NCBI GenBank assembly: GCA_038245905.1 | Contig: JBBRRY010000016.1 | Location: forward strand, 1-64,000 | Source of the DNA: Thermoanaerobaculia bacterium | Lineage (GTDB): Bacteria; Acidobacteriota; Thermoanaerobaculia; UBA5066 | Reading direction: 5' to 3' | Length of the DNA: 64,000 nt | In this document: positions 58,371 to 64,000 of the stretch, piece by piece | How the letters are laid out: each line of letters begins with the position of its first letter | Position numbering within the stretch: position 1 is the first letter of the stretch | The notes under the pieces: model-generated | Database searches by the model: none | What the model saw: only the letters and a program-made list of their open reading frames with translations | What the model was told of the DNA's origin: nothing | Translations under genes and position numbers: made by a program

Positions 58371-61157
58371 TCAGAACGTGACCTTGACGCCCATCTGGAA
58401 TTCGCGCGACGGGAGCGTCGCCGAGTAGTTGCCGTAGTTCGAGTTCGCCTTGTACAGGGCCGCCGGGTTCGCGATCGTCGGGCCCGCGGTGAACTCGGCG
58501 TTGTCGATCGACGTGACGTCGTAGTTGACCGTGTTGAAGAGGTTGAACGCCTCGGCGAGGATCTCGAACCCGAAGCCCGAGAAGTTGAACGCCTTCGAGA
58601 CGCGGAGGTTCAAGCTGCTGTAGCGGGGGCCGTCCTGGCCGAAGCGATCGACGCCGTCGAGACGGTCGCCCGTCTTGCCGTCACCGTTGTAGTCGTAGCC
58701 GCGGCGCTGGGTCCAGGGTTGTCCGCTGCCGTACTCGAAGACGGGCGCGACCGAGATCTGCCACGGGAGCCGGGCGACGCCCGAGACGACGATCCGCATG
58801 CGCTCAGTCGAGCGGGCGCGGCCGTATTCGGCGTCCATGTTCGCCGGGTCGCTCGGATAGCCCGTCGGGAACTCGGGGCTGAAGTCGTCGTTGATGTTGT
58901 GCTTGCTCGCGAACGTCACGGAAGCGGAGACGACATGTCCGCCCCGGATGTTGCCGTTCAGCGCGAAGACGACCGCCTTGTACTCCGAGCGGCCGTCGTT
59001 CGTGTACTCGTTGACCTGGTCGTACGCCGTGATCGGACGCGTATGCGTGGCGTTGCCGCTCCAGTTCACGTCGCGGATCGCGATCTCATTGCGCCCCTTC
59101 ATGTAGACGCCCTCGACGTCGAGAAACAGTCCCGTCGACCCGAGCTTCGAGGTGAGGCCGAGTGTCGCCTGGGTGGACTGCGGGGCCTTGAGCTCCGGCG
59201 CGAGGAGTCCGATCGCGGGCTTGGACCTGATCCCGGTGTTTTGCGGGTTGTTCGGATCGAGCGTAAATTGCGGGAAACCGAGGAGTGCTCCGTTCGCGTT
59301 CGTGTACGTGATGCGGCCCGTGATGCCGTTCTGCTGGAGCTCCGAGAAGAGCGGCACCATCAGATAGCGGCCCGTGAAAAGACCGACGCCGCCGCGCGCG
59401 ACAAACGCGCCCTTACCGTTGATGTCGTATGAGAAGCCAAGGCGTGGCTGGATGTTCGTCGAGTCGACCTTGCGGCCGTCGATCCCGAGAACCGGCTGCT
59501 TGAAGTCGGGGTCGTTGCCGTTCGTGTCGAGGTCGTACCGGACGCCGAGGCTGATCGAGAGGTTGGTGATGGGGCGCCAGTCGTCCTGGACGAAGGCCCC
59601 GATCCGGTTCGTGTTCGCCGTCACGTCCGCCGAGCCGACGCCGTAGAGGTAGGCGTAGAGGAAAGCCTTCGTGTCCGTGAGGTAGTAGAAAAGCCCGGGC
59701 GAATACACGTCGATCACCGAACGGTCCACGACGCGCTGGAAGGCCGCGCCGATCTTGACGTCGTGCGTGCCCGCCTTTCCGCCGAAGTGGAGGTTCAGCG
59801 TGTCGCGAAGCTCCCACTGATTCCCATCGCCGAGGAGGTCGCCGTAGAGGCTCCCTCCCGTCTGAAGCGTGGTCCCGCCCGTGTACCACTCGGTGGGCGC
59901 CGTCGAGTTCGGCGGCTCGTCGTACTTGCGCTTTCCATACTGCGCACGGAGCTCGTTGACCGTGTTCGAGCCGAAAACCGCCGTGTCCCCGACCGTGACG
60001 TTCAGGTTGTCGCGATTGAGCTCCTGGCCGTTCGTGACGTCCGCGACGCCGCCGACCCGGAAGTTGTTCTCACGGTAGCGGTCGTACTCGACCTTCGCCG
60101 TGAGCTGATTCGACTCCGTGAAGGACTGGTCGAGTCCGCCGTAAACGAGCGTCTGATGGAACGGGTGCTTGACGTCCGCCGCGAGCGGCTTGAAGGCGCC
60201 CTGCGGCCGGAAGAGGATTGGAGTCGTGGAGTTGATCTGCTCGAAGGACGCGAAGAAGTGCGTCCTGTCCTTGACGATCGGGCCGCCCACGGTGAAGCCA
60301 AACTGGTCGCGCTCGTAGCTGATGGTCGTGTCCTGCTCGAGAGCGCCCTTGGCGCGCAGCGCATCGCCGCGGTAGAAGCCGAAGAGCGAGCCCGCAAACG
60401 TGTTCGTGCCGGACTTCGTCAGGATCGAAAGCGCGCCGCCCGACGAGCCGCCGATTTCGGCGTCGAAGCGGTTGTTGATGACGCGGAACTCCGAGATCGC
60501 GTCCTGCGAGAACTTCGTCTTCGCGAGGCCAAGCGCCGGGTCCGTGAAGTCGACACCGTCCACGAGAATCGTCGACTGGCTCGCGTTCCCGCCGCCCCCG
60601 ATTACCGGACCGCCCGAGACGAACCGGAAGGCGCCGCGCTCGCGCTCGACGCCGGGCGCTACGAATGCGAGCCTCTGGAAGTCGCGGTCCGGCGTGGGGA
60701 GGTCCTGGATCTGCTGCGGCGTGATGTTCGTCGAGGAATCTGTCTTGTAGACGTCCACGAGCGGGGCCGACGCGACAACGCTGATGCTCTCGCTCCGCTT
60801 GCCCTGAAGCGTCGCATTCACGCGCGCGCTCTGACCGACGAGGAGGACGACGCCCTTCTGCTCGACGGTCTCGAAGCCCTGGAGCTTCACCGAAACGTCG
60901 TACGTGCCGGGCGGAAGCGCCGCAAACGATGCGAGGCCTCCCGCGCCGGTGACTCCCGTGCGGGAGAAGCCCGTCGACGGGCGCTTCAAGTCGACGGTCA
61001 CGCCGGGAAGCGGCCCGCCGTTCCCGTCCAGGGCCACGACGTCGAGCGACGCCGTCGCCGTCTGTGCGACGGCAGGGAGCGACGCGAGCGTTAGAACCAT
61101 TACGGCGGCGAGCGCGAGCCACCCGTGCGCCATCGCGAACCTCATGCGATTCACCAT
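58371..61157 (-). CDS. TonB-dependent receptor (Oar-like, carboxypeptidase-regulatory N-terminal domain)
   Basis: Signal peptide, LPPGTYDV..LQGF, plug, GGPIVKDRTHFF, VQDDWR, C-terminal VKVTF; AGGAGG RBS. Confidence 0.9.
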   Translation of the reverse strand: MVNRMRFAMAHGWLALAAVMVLTLASLPAVAQTATASLDVVALDGNGGPLPGVTVDLKRPSTGFSRTGVTGAGGLASFAALPPGTYDVSVKLQGFETVEQKGVVLLVGQSARVNATLQGKRSESISVVASAPLVDVYKTDSSTNITPQQIQDLPTPDRDFQRLAFVAPGVERERGAFRFVSGGPVIGGGGNASQSTILVDGVDFTDPALGLAKTKFSQDAISEFRVINNRFDAEIGGSSGGALSILTKSGTNTFAGSLFGFYRGDALRAKGALEQDTTISYERDQFGFTVGGPIVKDRTHFFASFEQINSTTPILFRPQGAFKPLAADVKHPFHQTLVYGGLDQSFTESNQLTAKVEYDRYRENNFRVGGVADVTNGQELNRDNLNVTVGDTAVFGSNTVNELRAQYGKRKYDEPPNSTAPTEWYTGGTTLQTGGSLYGDLLGDGNQWELRDTLNLHFGGKAGTHDVKIGAAFQRVVDRSVIDVYSPGLFYYLTDTKAFLYAYLYGVGSADVTANTNRIGAFVQDDWRPITNLSISLGVRYDLDTNGNDPDFKQPVLGIDGRKVDSTNIQPRLGFSYDINGKGAFVARGGVGLFTGRYLMVPLFSELQQNGITGRITYTNANGALLGFPQFTLDPNNPQNTGIRSKPAIGLLAPELKAPQSTQATLGLTSKLGSTGLFLDVEGVYMKGRNEIAIRDVNWSGNATHTRPITAYDQVNEYTNDGRSEYKAVVFALNGNIRGGHVVSASVTFASKHNINDDFSPEFPTGYPSDPANMDAEYGRARSTERMRIVVSGVARLPWQISVAPVFEYGSGQPWTQRRGYDYNGDGKTGDRLDGVDRFGQDGPRYSSLNLRVSKAFNFSGFGFEILAEAFNLFNTVNYDVTSIDNAEFTAGPTIANPAALYKANSNYGNYSATLPSREFQMGVKVTF

Positions 61158-61186
61158 CTCATCCTCCTGATGCCGCGCGGGCGGCC

Positions 61187-61242
61187 AAATCCCGAACACT
61201 CGGTATGTTTTGACGATACGAGCGAAGAAAGCGGGCTGTCAA
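61187..61242 (-). promoter_or_regulatory. Sigma-70 promoter with downstream inverted repeat (candidate TetR operator)
   Basis: Minus strand TTGACA-N18-TATCGT, then ATACCGA-GTGT-TCGGGAT. Confidence 0.65.
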
Positions 61243-61291
61243 GCCGAAACTACCCGGTCGCCTCCGAATGACAGCCCTCAGGGGAAGGCCT

Positions 61292-63154
61292 CTAGCGGCG
61301 CTCCCGGGCCCGCAACCGTCCCCGGTTTGCCAGCTTCTCGGTGAGCTGCAGGTTCCGCCGGATCTGCTCGAGCATCTTGGCCTCGAGGCCGCGACCCGCC
61401 GACACGCGCGTGTCACGCCTTTTGGCGCGGCCGAAGGCCTGGCGCGCGGCGCGCGCGTCCCCCAGCGCGAGGTACGCGAGGCCGAGGTGCGTGAGTCCCG
61501 TGGGCGTCTCGCCCAGGTCCGTGGCGCGGCGCAGGCACTCGACCGCACGATCGTATTCGCGGCGCTTGTAGTGGACCCAACCCTTGGCGGCGAGAGGAAA
61601 CTGGCGCATCTCCTTCGGCGAGAGCTTGAGCGAGAGATCGGCGAGCTCGAGGGCCGCGTCGAGGTCCTCCCCCATCTCCGCGAGAGTCGACGCCCTCTGA
61701 AAATAGGCGATCGAGCGCGCGTAGTTGGACTTCACGACGCCGAGCATCTCCTCGGCGACGCGGCTGCCTTCGCGAAATTTCCCCTCTGCCTTCAGGGCCT
61801 CGAGGAGCGTCGTGTACGCCGCCGCCGCGACCATCTCGCCCGGCGCGCGGGAGAGGACCCGGCGTGTCGTGGCGACCGCTTCCGACGTCCGGCCGACGGC
61901 CGAGCACAGGAGCGCGTACGCGATGAGAAGCGTCGGGTTCTCCGGGTCGAGCTTCAGCGCGCGCCGATACAGCGCCATCGCCTTCTGCGGATCGCGCGGC
62001 GCGGCCGTCTCCGCTTTCCGCGCGAGCACGGCCGCCTCGCCGACGACCTTCGGGAGCGCACGCGCGCCCGAGGGCGCGAGCAGCTTCGACGCCTCCTGGT
62101 ATTCGATACGGTTGGGGTTCAGCTCGAGCGCCGCCTGGAACCGCTCGGCCGCCTTCTGCGTCCATCCGCGGTCGAGATAGCAGATGCCGAGCTGATAGAG
62201 GGCGTCCTCGTCGTCGGGATCGAGGCGCGCGGCCTTTTGAAAAGCCTCCGTGGCTTCCGTGAGGCGGCCGCGCTCGTACGCGATCGTGCCGAGGAGCGAG
62301 TACGCCTGCGCGTTCTCGTCGATCGCGACGGCCTTCTTGAGGAACGTCTCCGCCCTGGCGAGCTGCCCCTTGAGCGCAAAGAGCGCGCCGAGCGTGAAAT
62401 AGGGCAGAAACGCGTCCGGCTTGACCGCGACCGCTTCCTTGAGAACCTCGAGCGCGTGGTCGGTGCGGCCGGCTTCGTTCTCGAGGACACCCGTGTACAC
62501 GAGCGCGTCGAAGTGCTTCGGCTCCTTCGCGAGAACCGCCCGCAGCATCGAGGCGGCGCGATCCGTCTCGCCCTCGTTGAAATACGTCTCGCCGAGGAAG
62601 AACGCGAGATCGGCGTTCCCCCTGTCGAGCCGGTAGGCCTCCTCGAGCACCTTGACCGCCTTGTCCGGGTCGAGCGCGTAGAACGCGAACTCCGCATCGG
62701 AGAGGAGTCCCTTGAAGCGCTCCCGCCGCTCTCCCGAAAAGCCGCCGAGCATCCTCTCCTTGCGCTCGAGGAAACGTTCGCGCTTCTCCATCGCGGTCAT
62801 GTGATGGTCGACGCGCGTCTCCCAGAGGTCGAGCAGCTCTTCCTCGACGAGAAGCCCCTTTCGCTCGAGCAGGTCCTTGAGGGCAAGCAGCCCCGTCTGG
62901 GCGACGAAGCCGTTCTTCTCCTGCCGATTCAGGGCTTCGAGCAGCATCTTGAGGGTCTCGGCGCTTCGCTTGACGATCTCCTCGAGGACGCTGACGCGCT
63001 CGAGAAGGTGCTCGTCCATCGAGACGCCCTCTTCCTGCTGCGTGCCCTCTTCGTACGCTTCAGAGGCTCCCGAGACGACGAGAAGCTTGCTCTGGCACTT
63101 GATGCAGTATTCACGCTCGAGCTCGTTCGAGGCCCCGCAGACCTGGCAGATCAC
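61292..63154 (-). CDS. Zinc-ribbon + coiled-coil + multi-TPR protein
   Basis: [13 protein letters not shown]; repeated TPR helices. Confidence 0.85.
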   Translation of the reverse strand: MICQVCGASNELEREYCIKCQSKLLVVSGASEAYEEGTQQEEGVSMDEHLLERVSVLEEIVKRSAETLKMLLEALNRQEKNGFVAQTGLLALKDLLERKGLLVEEELLDLWETRVDHHMTAMEKRERFLERKERMLGGFSGERRERFKGLLSDAEFAFYALDPDKAVKVLEEAYRLDRGNADLAFFLGETYFNEGETDRAASMLRAVLAKEPKHFDALVYTGVLENEAGRTDHALEVLKEAVAVKPDAFLPYFTLGALFALKGQLARAETFLKKAVAIDENAQAYSLLGTIAYERGRLTEATEAFQKAARLDPDDEDALYQLGICYLDRGWTQKAAERFQAALELNPNRIEYQEASKLLAPSGARALPKVVGEAAVLARKAETAAPRDPQKAMALYRRALKLDPENPTLLIAYALLCSAVGRTSEAVATTRRVLSRAPGEMVAAAAYTTLLEALKAEGKFREGSRVAEEMLGVVKSNYARSIAYFQRASTLAEMGEDLDAALELADLSLKLSPKEMRQFPLAAKGWVHYKRREYDRAVECLRRATDLGETPTGLTHLGLAYLALGDARAARQAFGRAKRRDTRVSAGRGLEAKMLEQIRRNLQLTEKLANRGRLRARERR

Positions 63155-64000
63155 GAGAGCCTCTCGCCTCCCGGGCCGTCATAGCGGTAGAAACCGCGCC
63201 CCGTCTTCCGGCCGTGCCAGCCCGCGTCGACCATCTGAACGAGGAGGGGGCAGGGGCGGTACTTGTCGTCACCGAGGCCCCCGTGAAGGACCCGCAGGAT
63301 CGCGAGGCACGTGTCGAGGCCGATGAAGTCGGCGAGCGTCAGCGGTCCCATCGGATGGTTCATGCCGAGCTTCATGATCCCGTCCACAGCGTCCGGCGTC
63401 GCGACGCCCTCGTGGACCGCGAAGAACGCCTCGTTCAGCATCGGGAGGAGGATCCGGTTCGAGATGAAGCCGGGGAAGTCGCGGCACGTGAGAGCGGTCT
63501 TTCCCATCTCGCGGGCGAGAGCGAGGATGGTGTCCGTCGTCTCGTCCGACGTCGCGATGCCGCGAATCACCTCGACGAGCGCCATGACGGGCACGGGGTT
63601 CATGAAGTGCATCCCGATGAAACGGTCGGGTCTCTTCGTGCCCGCCGCGAGCCGCGTGATCGAAATCGACGACGTATTCGTGGCGAGAATCGTCGCGGGC
63701 GGGACGAGCGCGTCGAGACGCGCGAACAGGTCCTTCTTGACGGCTTCATTCTCGAGGATGGCCTCGACGACGAGGCCGGCGTCGGCCAGCCGTCCGAGAT
63801 CGGCCGTCGCGGTGACGCGCGCGAGCGCCGCGTCGCGATCGTCAGGACCGACCTTGCCTTTCTCGACCTGACGCGCAAGGTTCTTCTCGATCGTCTTCAG
63901 GCCCTTTCCCGCGAGGTCGGGGGTCACGTCGACGAGCACGACTCTCTTCCCGGCGAGCGCCGCGACGTGCGCGATGCCCGCTCCCATCTGTCCGGCGCCC
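63151..64000 (-). CDS. hbd: 3-hydroxybutyryl-CoA dehydrogenase (5' end outside the window)
   Basis: [38 protein letters not shown]. Confidence 0.93.
   Translation of the reverse strand, partial: GAGQMGAGIAHVAALAGKRVVLVDVTPDLAGKGLKTIEKNLARQVEKGKVGPDDRDAALARVTATADLGRLADAGLVVEAILENEAVKKDLFARLDALVPPATILATNTSSISITRLAAGTKRPDRFIGMHFMNPVPVMALVEVIRGIATSDETTDTILALAREMGKTALTCRDFPGFISNRILLPMLNEAFFAVHEGVATPDAVDGIMKLGMNHPMGPLTLADFIGLDTCLAILRVLHGGLGDDKYRPCPLLVQMVDAGWHGRKTGRGFYRYDGPGGERLS

Overview
GC-rich (roughly 65-70% by eye) bacterial chromosome segment. Its gene style suggests Acidobacteriota, probably Thermoanaerobaculia-like (inference). It holds about 55 genes: ugd, ferredoxin and UDP-xylose synthase; a signalling/surface cluster (beta-barrel, Ser/Thr kinase, 1041-aa surface protein, FHA-RDD protein); uvrA, mutY, proS and maeB; glycosyltransferases; a DES1-like sphingolipid desaturase; and a TonB receptor-FabG-FabH-acyl-CoA ligase-three-hydrolase operon. 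A decaying ~9 kb general-stress island (29.4-38.7 kb) carries six sigma-54 promoters. I saw no rRNA, tRNA, CRISPR array, transposase or integrase. The most unusual signal is a family of AT-rich ~17-25 bp inverted-repeat pairs (left arm ~GAAGATTTCTTTGAA(A)GGT, right arm ~ACC(T)TTCAAAGAAATCTTC). They lie inside unrelated core genes (uvrA x2, mutY, a GT2 x2, proS, acyl-CoA ligase x2), always in the same relative orientation. They are read in different frames and strands, bracket 40-140 bp of ordinary coding sequence, and sit in halos of AT-shifted codons. Core genes also show a recurrent leaderless-type TAnnnT box 6-10 nt before the start codon.
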